From the sequence record SRR31156797_1336: a stretch of DNA of 58,264 bases; one strand, 5' to 3'. The stretch's first letter is position 1; the number at the start of each line of letters is the position of its first letter. The notes under the pieces were generated by a model. The model was given only the letters and a program-made list of their open reading frames with translations, was not told the origin of the DNA and searched no databases. The position numbers and the translations under genes are program-made. Of the stretch, positions 32,625 to 41,716 are shown in pieces.

Positions 32625-32648
32625 AATCCTATTATAGCATATATGATA

Positions 32649-32685
32649 AATCCAGCCTTCTATTTATAAAAGGCTGGATTCTTTT
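32649..32685. terminator. Bidirectional terminator
   Basis: AATCCAGCCTT...AAGGCTGGATT between convergent M56 genes. Confidence 0.75.
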
Positions 32686-32701
32686 ATATTAACTATTGTA
32701 T

Positions 32702-35230
32702 TTAGAACCCGTGTTCCATATCAATGATACTGCCATCAATAGCATTTACAGTGATTAGAGTTCTGTTTGTTCCCCAGTTGCCGTTACGGATATCCCAGTC
32801 ACCTGGTTCTTCATCTCTATTGTATGCACCGTCTTCGTTTAGCTTACCTTCTAGCTGACCGCTAAAGTTCCAAGCAGGTACTACTATAAACTCACCTGTA
32901 TCTTTATCTTTGGTTCTTGCAAGGATTAGCTCAATTTCATCGACATTTATATTAATCTCATCAAATCCAGTATAGATATAATCATACCAATAGTATGCAT
33001 ACTCATTCGCTAGTTCTATTGCCTGATTGTAGTCTATGTTTATTGTTGCATTATCATCTAGTATCTGAGAGACTTGCATCGGATATCTATAGATGAATTG
33101 GACGAACGTATCACCCTCTATCCATAGCTCAAGTGTTTCGTATGGGCGCATACCCTCATCACTTGGACCAGTATACTCAACACCCGTATCCACAGGGTCT
33201 TTGTAGTAGGATAGATTACCGCTACACAATGTATTATCCAGTGAACTGTTCCCTATAATTCTTTCAAAGCAGAATACATAATACTCTCTGCCGTTATATT
33301 CTTGAGGATAAACACTAAATTTATGAGTGTCATCTTTTTTCAAATATATATCTCCCAGTTGTACATCATTTATGCCCATGTCGCTTATCATTTGCTCTGC
33401 CATACTTTTTGCGCTTTGGAACTCTGCATCATCTGTATCAGGATCTATCCATGATTCAACGTCAAATGTAGAATCTCTTGAAGTGTAATAGATATTATCG
33501 TCATTAAATGCAGTGAATGTAATGGTTTTCGTACCAGCACTGATAGATCCTGTATAACCAAGCTCTGTATCAATTAGAGCATATAATCCGTTTTCGTCAT
33601 TGATACCAGAGAAGTCATTACTTATTATTGGTCTTTCAGCAGGAGCTTTTTCTTGTTCGGTATACCATCTGTCTACAGCCTTTTGCATCATCTCTTTTGC
33701 CTCTTCCATATCTGTTATATCACGGTCATCAGCATATATCTGTACATATTCAGCGTCTTCCATACCCTCTAGTCTATTTTGGATTATAAAGTCATAATCT
33801 GATTTTGTGTATGTTCTGTCAAAAAGCACATTATTTCCAAAAAAGGCTAGTGCCATTTGCTCTACTTCATCAGCTGTAAAAGTCTTTGGAGTCAACTCGG
33901 CTACAGAAATATTTTCCGGTTGATTGTTGATAACTTCTGCATCAACATTTACATGGATTGTTCCGTCAGGGCTTGTAGCACTATTGCTGACTAATACTGG
34001 CTGGTATGAGTCAGTTTCGCTAATTGTATTATCTAATTGTGCAATATTCTCTTCCACTGCACCTTCTGCCACTTCTGCTGTCTCATCGGTTACAGTAGTT
34101 TCAGAAGTATTATTATCTCTTTCTGATAAGATAACAGATGAACTCTGACAGCTGGTTGTAAAGCATGTAATTATCATTATTATAGCAACAAGTATAGTTA
34201 CAAAACTTGCTGACTTTAGTTTTTGTTTAGGTTTAAGCATATTTTCTACTCGCTTTCTCAGTTTGCACTTATCCTCGCAAAAGGAAAGTGCAATGGGTAG
34301 TTTTGCCATGCTTCTAGTAAACCTGATTACGTCTATAAGACTCTGTGAATATATGTAGCTTTGCTCTTCATCTAGATATTGTGTTACCATCTCATCACAT
34401 GCTAGTTCAATATCTTCTATGTATTTGTTGTAAGCAATCCATACAAGAGGATTAAACCAGTGGATTATCTTGGCTATGAGCCAAAGAATGTTATAAAATA
34501 TATCTTTTCTTTTTATATGGCAAAGTTCGTGTAAAAGAATCATACTAAGCTTTTCTGACGAAATCATATTGGTAAACTGTGCAGGCAATACGATTATGGG
34601 TTTAATTAATCTGAATGTTAAAGGAGAATCTACGTATTTACTGACTATAACCTTTACATTCGATTTCAAATCTAAAATTTTTTTTAATCTTCTTATCTCA
34701 TTATTTAGTTTGTTACTGTTTACAGCTTTACTATATTTAACATGACTATTAAACATAATATAAGTTACCATATTCTTTATTATCAAGAATATGACACCCA
34801 TAGCCCAGACAAAAATCATATACTCCCAAACGCTAAATTTATTAATAAAGTCTGAAATCTTTTCTGTTTGTGTTTGTTCAACTGGTGCTATAGGTGTAGT
34901 GTCATAATTATTTTCGTTTATATAGGTCGTTTCTTCATATACAACACTTGTAGAATTGTATACTACTGGTTCAATTGCTTCATTATTATAAGTTTGCTCT
35001 GTATCAGAAATCTCTTCACTTTCAGCTTTTTCGCTTTTGATAAAGCTGTTCACATGAATAGGCGAAGGAATGGTTACAGGAATTATTAATCTAAGTAATA
35101 CCAAAGCCCAAAGAAAGGCAACTATCTTCAGATTTATCCTGCCATGCATCAGTAATCTGATTGCCATAACAACAGCAATCATAATAGATGCATAAATTGA
35201 CATTTCAAATATGTTTTTTATTATATTCAT
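32702..35230 (-). CDS. BlaR1-like M56 metallopeptidase with DUF6034-like ectodomain
   Basis: HELCHIKRKD, HWFNPLVW, ELACDE; C-terminus VPAWNFSG...ITVNAIDGSII. Confidence 0.88.
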   Translation of the reverse strand: MNIIKNIFEMSIYASIMIAVVMAIRLLMHGRINLKIVAFLWALVLLRLIIPVTIPSPIHVNSFIKSEKAESEEISDTEQTYNNEAIEPVVYNSTSVVYEETTYINENNYDTTPIAPVEQTQTEKISDFINKFSVWEYMIFVWAMGVIFLIIKNMVTYIMFNSHVKYSKAVNSNKLNNEIRRLKKILDLKSNVKVIVSKYVDSPLTFRLIKPIIVLPAQFTNMISSEKLSMILLHELCHIKRKDIFYNILWLIAKIIHWFNPLVWIAYNKYIEDIELACDEMVTQYLDEEQSYIYSQSLIDVIRFTRSMAKLPIALSFCEDKCKLRKRVENMLKPKQKLKSASFVTILVAIIMIITCFTTSCQSSSVILSERDNNTSETTVTDETAEVAEGAVEENIAQLDNTISETDSYQPVLVSNSATSPDGTIHVNVDAEVINNQPENISVAELTPKTFTADEVEQMALAFFGNNVLFDRTYTKSDYDFIIQNRLEGMEDAEYVQIYADDRDITDMEEAKEMMQKAVDRWYTEQEKAPAERPIISNDFSGINDENGLYALIDTELGYTGSISAGTKTITFTAFNDDNIYYTSRDSTFDVESWIDPDTDDAEFQSAKSMAEQMISDMGINDVQLGDIYLKKDDTHKFSVYPQEYNGREYYVFCFERIIGNSSLDNTLCSGNLSYYKDPVDTGVEYTGPSDEGMRPYETLELWIEGDTFVQFIYRYPMQVSQILDDNATINIDYNQAIELANEYAYYWYDYIYTGFDEININVDEIELILARTKDKDTGEFIVVPAWNFSGQLEGKLNEDGAYNRDEEPGDWDIRNGNWGTNRTLITVNAIDGSIIDMEHGF

Positions 35231-35240
35231 AGTAAATACC

Positions 35241-35621
35241 TTACTTGTTTTCTTTTAAATGTTTAATATATTGCTCTAAATCATCTAATTCCTTATCAGA
35301 AATCATTTCGTTATCAACGAAACTAGCCACCATATGGGTAAGCCCTTTGAAATTGCTGTTCAAATATTGGTTTGCATCGCCTGCTAAGTATTCATCTTTG
35401 GAGATAAGCGGCAGGAATTTAAACCTTCTGGAGCTTATCTGGATTTTTTCCAGCAACCCCTTTTGTGCTAATCTCTGCAAATATGTCTTCACAGTATGTC
35501 TTGTCCAGCTCTCGATACCTTCTAACTCTTCAAGGACAGAGGTTGTACTTGCCTCTCCCTTTTCCCAGACCAAATCCATTATCACTTTGTCATTAGCTGA
35601 TAGTTTTGGATATTCTTTCAT
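35241..35621 (-). CDS. BlaI/MecI/CopY family repressor
   Basis: LSANDKVIMDLVW, WTRHTVKTYLQRL, ISDKELDDL. Confidence 0.92.
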   Translation of the reverse strand: MKEYPKLSANDKVIMDLVWEKGEASTTSVLEELEGIESWTRHTVKTYLQRLAQKGLLEKIQISSRRFKFLPLISKDEYLAGDANQYLNSNFKGLTHMVASFVDNEMISDKELDDLEQYIKHLKENK

Positions 35622-35669
35622 TACAAACTCCTCGTTAACGTTTTACTACATGTAGATGCTAGCATTGTA

Positions 35670-35722
35670 GAGTAAATGCTTTACTCATAACACAGAGTAA
35701 ACCTTTTGCTCTAAAATGTCAA
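35670..35722 (-). promoter_or_regulatory. Promoter and twin operators, BlaI cassette 3
   Basis: Minus-strand TTGACA-N17-TACTCT; GAGTAA-N5-TTGCTC and perfect GAGTAA-N5-TTACTC. Confidence 0.7.
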
Positions 35723-36192
35723 GACTTTTTTAATATTTAAAAGGTTTTAAATTTAGTTGTATTTTTACGCATATTGTATAAAGATGAATTTTTGCAAATA
35801 ATACAAACTTTTTGACCATTTACAATACTCAATTGTTTTTAGAAAAACCAAGTAAATAGTTACTAGCCAAAATTTTATGTCAAAATAAGAGAATCTCTTG
35901 ATTCGCTAGTATAATATGTCATATATAGTATTATATATATAATTTATTCGTATGTTTATGTTATTATTATTTTATACATAGATGCAGAAAATACTGTAGT
36001 AAAACAGATGAAAACTCCGCTAATATCAAAAATAGACTAGTCAATTTATCATTTAATAATTTGGAATTTAGTAATTCCATACAAATATATTACAAACATA
36101 ATTTGAATTAAGTCATTGCAATAAATGGTTCTCTATTCTAAGGGGAAGGGGGGAAAGAGTAGCTTATTCAAATGATACATGCAATATAATCA

Positions 36193-36627
36193 GTGATGTT
36201 TGTATTGTACTTAAGTATCAGGCAATTACGACTAAATAGTCAGGAATTTCCAAATATTTCTTTTGGACCAAAGGCTCAAGCCTCTTTAGCAGCTACCTTT
36301 AAATCATCCGTTGATAATAGTAATGTTTATATTTCAATAGAGAGAATTCCTGTTCCTATATTCCATTTTACCTGGGGTATACCAAGTTGTATAGACTGGC
36401 TGTTTCTACCATTAGAAGTTGGCTTAGCTGCTGCATTAAATTCAACGCTAAGTTCAATGATTGGAAACATATTAAAACTCCCTCCAATCAAAGTCTACTG
36501 AATTCCTCCAGCAGCTTTTACAATAGCTGGAAAAACTATTAACATTAGTTTAGATAAGGCATCCACATCTTCAAAAGATTCAATATTGCTTGTTTCTCTG
36601 AAAATAGAAGTTACTTCGCTTAATTAA
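36193..36627 (+). pseudogene. Possible gene fragment with one internal TGA
   Basis: Frame continues 41 codons past TGA 36499-36501 to TAA 36627 just before a hairpin; no good RBS. Confidence 0.35.
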
Positions 36628-36649
36628 CAAAAATTAAAGCTTACGCAAC

Positions 36650-36722
36650 AAAAAAGCAGACTGTAAATACAGTCTGCTTTAGCTAATATATAAGCAATAT
36701 GGTAAAGGATACCAACGCTTAT
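36650..36722 (-). ncRNA. Candidate ~73-nt two-hairpin small RNA
   Basis: Extended -10 TGCTATAAT (36735-36727), 5' hairpin with UCCUU loop, terminator hairpin AAAGCAGACUGUA/UACAGUCUGCUUU plus U-tract. Confidence 0.55.
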
Positions 36723-36753
36723 CTACATTATAGCAGATATATTACATAAACTA

Positions 36754-36770
36754 TGTCGAACAATGTCGAG
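36754..36770 (+). promoter_or_regulatory. Tandem Spo0A boxes
   Basis: TGTCGAA-caa-TGTCGAG, 10-bp periodicity. Confidence 0.55.
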
Positions 36771-36830
36771 AGTAATTATTTATTGATATATTCATTAAGC
36801 ACTGCGTAAATTTCTGTGGATTGTTAATAT

Positions 36831-37052
36831 TTACGTTGTATTTCTCATTATACTGTCCATATTATTCATAGACAGAATGGATTTCTCTATAAATTTCTTT
36901 GCTTCCTGTGTAAACACCTCTTTTCCTTCCTTAGTATATACACCGTTTTCTATTATCATCTTCCTCAAAGATTTCATCAGAAATATCAATTTGATAAACC
37001 ACTTACCATATCCTTTACCTGAGTTTTTGATATCCTTATTCTCCTTGTGAAT
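36831..37052 (-). CDS. Possible 73-aa protein with ATT start
   Basis: AGGAGG-N7-ATT followed by an open frame IHKENKDIKNSGKGYGKWFIKLIFL...RNTT. Confidence 0.35.
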   Translation of the reverse strand: MHKENKDIKNSGKGYGKWFIKLIFLMKSLRKMIIENGVYTKEGKEVFTQEAKKFIEKSILSMNNMDSIMRNTT

Positions 37053-37179
37053 GAAATATCCTCCTGTTAGTGCATGACATCAAGTAGTCAAAAAAGGAGT
37101 AACAAAGACGTAGTATTTCCCCTGTATTCGCTGTATAATATTAGTAAATGAATACACAATACAAATTAAGGGGAACGCT

Positions 37180-37521
37180 ATGAATGAAGAAACTGTTACA
37201 CTTCTATGTGATGATGGGCTTGAGAGAGAATTTGAACTGAAATTTATATTCGATTATCTGGACAAAACATATGCGGTCCTCTTCCAAAAACTTCACGGAC
37301 ACTGGGAGAATGATTATGTGTTTCTAGTCGATTCTAATGAAGAGGAGGGGGCTGAGAATAATTTTGCTGTAATGGAGTATATTCCCCCAAAAGACTATAC
37401 CGAACCTATTGAATATCGTGAAATAAACCCTATTATAGTCAAAGATGTACTAAAAAGAGCAGATGAGCTAATTGCAACCGGCGGCGGCTATATTGAGGAT
37501 GATGAAGAATTTCCTTTCTAG
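37180..37521 (+). CDS. Acidic DUF1292-like protein
   Basis: VTLLCDDGLEREFE..FDYLDKTYAVL pattern. Confidence 0.65.
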   Translation: MNEETVTLLCDDGLEREFELKFIFDYLDKTYAVLFQKLHGHWENDYVFLVDSNEEEGAENNFAVMEYIPPKDYTEPIEYREINPIIVKDVLKRADELIATGGGYIEDDEEFPF

Positions 37522-37522
37522 C

Positions 37523-37556
37523 AAAAAATCCCAAGCACTAATTGTACTTGGGATTT
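37523..37556. terminator. Bidirectional terminator
   Basis: AAATCCCAAG...CTTGGGATTT. Confidence 0.7.
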
Positions 37557-37608
37557 ACTAATACATCATTTCTGTAAAGCTCCACGCTAAAGCATTATTA
37601 TACTGATT

Positions 37609-38076
37609 TCACTCATTACCTTCATCATTCATGTATTCGCTAAAGCTCTTTTCACCCTTTTCATTCCACCATTTTTCGTAGAGCTCATCATAGTTATCAT
37701 TTTCTGGATTCTTTTCGTCTTTGCAGTAATTCTTTCTTAGTTCGTTCTCAAACTCCTTATCAAACTCTTTATCAAATTCCTTTGAGATTTCCTTTTTCAC
37801 ATGATGCCTTGGTTTGTCATTATGATCTCCGCCGCCGCCGAAACCGCCGAAGAATATCTTAGCAAGGATAAATAGTCCCACTGCTTCCCAATAGGTAATT
37901 GCTCTTAGTGAGAATATATCTACCATCAGCTTATTCCACAGCCACATTGTAACGAAACCCAGCAGAATAGCTATTCCTACGCCTAGAATTCCAAACAGAC
38001 CTCCTTTTACGATTCTTTTAGTTGTTCTTTTACCTTCATGTATATCTTCTATATTGTAGCATTTATGTCTTCTCAT
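37609..38076 (-). CDS. Membrane protein downstream of ECF sigma factor
   Basis: VTMWLWN.LM..IF.L..ITYWEAVGLFILAKIFFGG; charged C-terminal tail. Confidence 0.75.
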   Translation of the reverse strand: MRRHKCYNIEDIHEGKRTTKRIVKGGLFGILGVGIAILLGFVTMWLWNKLMVDIFSLRAITYWEAVGLFILAKIFFGGFGGGGDHNDKPRHHVKKEISKEFDKEFDKEFENELRKNYCKDEKNPENDNYDELYEKWWNEKGEKSFSEYMNDEGNE

Positions 38077-38091
38077 AATTTTTCTCCTTTT

Positions 38092-38604
38092 TTAATAATT
38101 ATAATTTCTGATATAGCTTTCAAGCATCTCACGGAGTTTCTTCACCGCACGTGATTTCCTAGATAGTAAAGTTCCCAGCTTGATGCCTGTTTCCTTAGTC
38201 AGTTCTTTGTAGGATCTGCCCTTTAGTTCCGTCTCAATAAATACGTATTTTGATTTTTCATCCAGTTTATCAATTGCTTTTTTTAGTACGATTTTCAACT
38301 CACCCAGTAGTACTTCATTTTCAACTGTACGTGTGTCCTCGAATTCCATATCCTCTATTCCAAGGGTTTCATGGCTTCTCTTTCTGATATAGTCAACAGC
38401 GCTATTCCTAATGGATGTATACATATATGCACTGACGTTCTTTATGTTCAGAGCATCCTTTGGTTTGCTCAAAAGGTTGACGATTGTGTGCTGGATAATA
38501 TCTTCTGCGTCATATTCATTTATAGTATTAAACCGAGAACGAATGAAATTCTTGAAGTGCTCGTATTCCTCTTCAAACACTTCCTCAATTGCTGTACTCA
38601 GCAT
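38092..38604 (-). CDS. ECF-type RNA polymerase sigma factor
   Basis: DAEDIIQ, RNSAVDYIRK (region 2), GRSYKEL..GIKLGTLLSRKSRA (region 4); ATG 38604 after AGGAGG. Confidence 0.9.
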   Translation of the reverse strand: MLSTAIEEVFEEEYEHFKNFIRSRFNTINEYDAEDIIQHTIVNLLSKPKDALNIKNVSAYMYTSIRNSAVDYIRKRSHETLGIEDMEFEDTRTVENEVLLGELKIVLKKAIDKLDEKSKYVFIETELKGRSYKELTKETGIKLGTLLSRKSRAVKKLREMLESYIRNYNY

Positions 38605-38757
38605 ATCTGACCGTCCTCCTTTCATATTTTGTACATATATTGTCATGTTATATGAAGCTTATCATTTGTACAATAACTATTTTTGATTATCTTTTGATTC
38701 AAATCTTTCCATAACCAATTAACCATAATAAACTCCGCTTTTTTGCCGGCTACATAG

Positions 38758-38787
38758 TATAGACGAATGAAACATGGATTTATTGCA
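38758..38787 (-). promoter_or_regulatory. Putative ECF autoregulatory promoter
   Basis: TGCAAT-N16-CGTCTATA on the minus strand upstream of the sigma gene. Confidence 0.55.
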
Positions 38788-38864
38788 TAGTTTTATAAAT
38801 TTTATTTATTTTTTTGGTATTTATTCTATTCACATAAGTTCAAAAGCCATGTATAATATGCGCA

Positions 38865-40217
38865 ATGAATAAAAATAATCTACTTGAAGGAAGCATATCA
38901 AAGCATATGCTGCGTCTGGCACTGCCGTCTATTGGCGGAATGCTGGGAATGACAATATTTAATCTGACAGATACATATTTTGTATCGGCTCTTGGTGTAG
39001 ATGCACTTGCTGCAATGGGATTTACTTTCCCTGTGGTTATGCTAATCGGTGCAATAGCAAGCGGAATATCTGCTGGTGCAGGATCTATGCTCTCCCGTGC
39101 AAAGGGCGCAGGGGATCATCACCTGATGCAGAGAATTGCTACTGACGGCATTCTATTGTCCCTGATATTGGTAGCTGTGTTTTCTATAGCAGGACTATTG
39201 ACTATGGATTCCCTATTTAGTCTGCTGGGTGCCAACGCTACAACTCTGCCTTTAGTAAAGCAATATATGGCTATTTGGTATATGTGGGTGGTAGTTGTTG
39301 TAACACCTCCTGTAAGTGATACATGTATGCGGGCAAGCGGTGATATGATAAGACCTTTTATTGTTATGATGGTGTGTGCTGTATTCAATATAATACTTGA
39401 TCCATTACTGATTCATGGTTATTGGATATTCCCAAAGATGGGTATTGCTGGAGCTGCATGGGCAACAATAATATCCAGAGGTCTAGGTATGATAACTACG
39501 CTGTTTTTCGCTTCGCATCATCATAAGCTTATTAATTTTAAATATAGTAGCATTAATGAGCTGTATAATTCATGGAAAAGTATTCTCACTCTTGGACTGC
39601 CCAGTGTCTCTACTCAATTAATGCCTCAGATACTTAGAACTGTTATGACCAACTTAGCTGCAGTAGCAGGCGGTACAGCAGCAGTTGCTGCACTTGCAGC
39701 AGGCACTAGAATTGAGTCGTTCCCTTCGGTAATATCTATGGCAATAGGTGTGTCTCTAATTCCTTTGGTAGGTCAGAACTGGGGAGCAAAACTTTATGAC
39801 AGAGTATACAAGGTTCGCAAAAAAGCAATTCGTATAGCTGTTGTCTACGGGATTGCTGTCTTTATCATATCATTACCATTGGCGCATTTTGTGGTAAAAG
39901 TTTTTACTAAGGATGTGGAGGTCATTAAGCTTAGTTCCTACTATTTATGGTTTATGCTCTTTTCTTCAGCAGGGCTTAACTTAACTTATTGGATGAGTTC
40001 TATGTTTACTACCATCGGTAAGGCAAAGTTTACCTTTATTATCAATGTCTTTGGATTTGGGCTAATCATTATTCCTCTAGCTATTATTGGCAGTAAAGTT
40101 TATGGATATATCGGAATGCTGGCTGGAGTCAGTGCAGGGCAGATAATATTAGGTGCTATAGCTGTTTGGCTGATAAACAGAAATATGCATAAAGTTATGC
40201 CAATAGTCAAATTATAG
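38865..40217 (+). CDS. MATE family efflux transporter
   Basis: LALPSI, NLTDTYFVSALG, RASGD, NIILDPLLI, MGIAGAAWAT, GQNWGA. Confidence 0.93.
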   Translation: MNKNNLLEGSISKHMLRLALPSIGGMLGMTIFNLTDTYFVSALGVDALAAMGFTFPVVMLIGAIASGISAGAGSMLSRAKGAGDHHLMQRIATDGILLSLILVAVFSIAGLLTMDSLFSLLGANATTLPLVKQYMAIWYMWVVVVVTPPVSDTCMRASGDMIRPFIVMMVCAVFNIILDPLLIHGYWIFPKMGIAGAAWATIISRGLGMITTLFFASHHHKLINFKYSSINELYNSWKSILTLGLPSVSTQLMPQILRTVMTNLAAVAGGTAAVAALAAGTRIESFPSVISMAIGVSLIPLVGQNWGAKLYDRVYKVRKKAIRIAVVYGIAVFIISLPLAHFVVKVFTKDVEVIKLSSYYLWFMLFSSAGLNLTYWMSSMFTTIGKAKFTFIINVFGFGLIIIPLAIIGSKVYGYIGMLAGVSAGQIILGAIAVWLINRNMHKVMPIVKL

Positions 40218-40347
40218 AACTCTCATTTTGGGTTCTGGGCTGATATTGTTCTATACTCATACAATTATTCATATTAATTTTTACAAGATATAATCTGTCT
40301 GCTATAATGAAATGTATCCCAAATTATGCATTTGCAAGGAGAAGGCA

Positions 40348-41700
40348 ATGAGCAAAATACCGGTAAAACAAGGTCAGGAAATAAAGGTACACATTCAGTC
40401 AGTTAATTCCCACGGTCAGGGCGTTGCCAAGGTGGACAATTACGTCGTGTTTGTGGCTGGTGCTCTGCCTGGGGAGAACTGTACTATCCGTATTAATAAA
40501 ATTCTGACAAAGTATTCCTTGGCAAGTGTAGTTAAACGTCATAATGATTCAAAGCTGAGGGTAAAGCCCAGATGTGCCTATTACGGCAAATGCGGCGGAT
40601 GCCAGCTCCAGCATGTAAATTATAAAGCTCAGTTATTAATAAAACAAAAGAGCATTATTGATGCATTTAAAAAATCTGGTATGGATATAGCACAGATTAC
40701 AAAGCCTACAATCGGTATGAACAATCCCTATAATTACCGCAATAAAGCAATGTTCAGCGTGGGCAAGCTATCCGGCAAGGGTGCCATTGGCATGTATTAT
40801 CCAAATAGTCATAAGATAATTGATATAGATGAGTGTCATTTAGTTAATAAGAATCTTAATTCATTATTGCCAGTTACAAGAAGTCACTTAAAATATCTCT
40901 ATGGCAAGGATGAGCATTTTGACCTGCCATTTAGCAAGGTATTTGGCAGAGTAGGTAATGACAGTCAGATGATGGCAGGATTTGTAGGAAGAGGAGATGT
41001 GGGACAGTATCATGATTCATTAATAGTCAATCTGCGCCGAGAAAATAATGATATTGTGTCTATATTTTATAATAAGACAGAGGATGACAGCGGAAATCTA
41101 AGCAGAAACAATAATTATCTTTACGGAAGAAAGACCATTGACGGCAGTATCGGCAGATTTAAGTTTGACATTTCTCCTAATTCATTCTTTCAGGTCAATA
41201 CCGCCCAGACCATCAGGCTATATGAAGTAATAAGGAATATGGTTGATGAGGACGAAAATCAATTAGTATTTGATCTGTATTGCGGAGTAGGCACAATTGG
41301 CATGTATATAGCAGACAAGGTGAAAAAGGTAATCGGTATAGAGTCTGTGGTATCTGCTGTGGAGAATGCTACAATCAATGCCAAGCGCAATAATGTCCGT
41401 AATATAGAGTTCTTAAAAGGTGAGTGTGAGAAGCTTTTGCCTTCACTAGCCAAATCAGACATTGCACCTGATACTGTGATAGTTGACCCGCCTAGAAAGG
41501 GGGTGGCAACATCAGTAGTTAAGTCTATAATTCATGCAGAACCAAAGAAAATAATATATGTTTCCTGTAACCCTGCTACATTGGCTAGGGATGCGAATCT
41601 CTTTACTAGAGCTGGTTACGAAATAGCTAAGGTACAGCCTGTGGATATGTTCCCTCAGACTACACATGTGGAGTGTGTGTGTTTGTTAGTAAGATTATAA
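40348..41700 (+). CDS. rlmD: 23S rRNA (uracil-C5)-methyltransferase RlmD
   Basis: TRAM domain, CGGCQLQH, SFFQVN, DLYCGVG, DPPRKG, YVSCNPATLARD, DMFPQTTHVEC. Confidence 0.95.
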   Translation: MSKIPVKQGQEIKVHIQSVNSHGQGVAKVDNYVVFVAGALPGENCTIRINKILTKYSLASVVKRHNDSKLRVKPRCAYYGKCGGCQLQHVNYKAQLLIKQKSIIDAFKKSGMDIAQITKPTIGMNNPYNYRNKAMFSVGKLSGKGAIGMYYPNSHKIIDIDECHLVNKNLNSLLPVTRSHLKYLYGKDEHFDLPFSKVFGRVGNDSQMMAGFVGRGDVGQYHDSLIVNLRRENNDIVSIFYNKTEDDSGNLSRNNNYLYGRKTIDGSIGRFKFDISPNSFFQVNTAQTIRLYEVIRNMVDEDENQLVFDLYCGVGTIGMYIADKVKKVIGIESVVSAVENATINAKRNNVRNIEFLKGECEKLLPSLAKSDIAPDTVIVDPPRKGVATSVVKSIIHAEPKKIIYVSCNPATLARDANLFTRAGYEIAKVQPVDMFPQTTHVECVCLLVRL

Positions 41701-41716
41701 ATAATAGGAGTTTTAA

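Noticed and set aside
35646-35670. CTACATGTAG near blaI 3 as a classical BlaI box
   Set aside because: Lacks the 2-nt spacer of TACA-nn-TGTA and has no counterpart in the other two promoters.
37740-37790. 12-nt tandem repeat (KEFD)n
   Set aside because: Short, in-frame and degenerate; no sign of a phase-variation tract.
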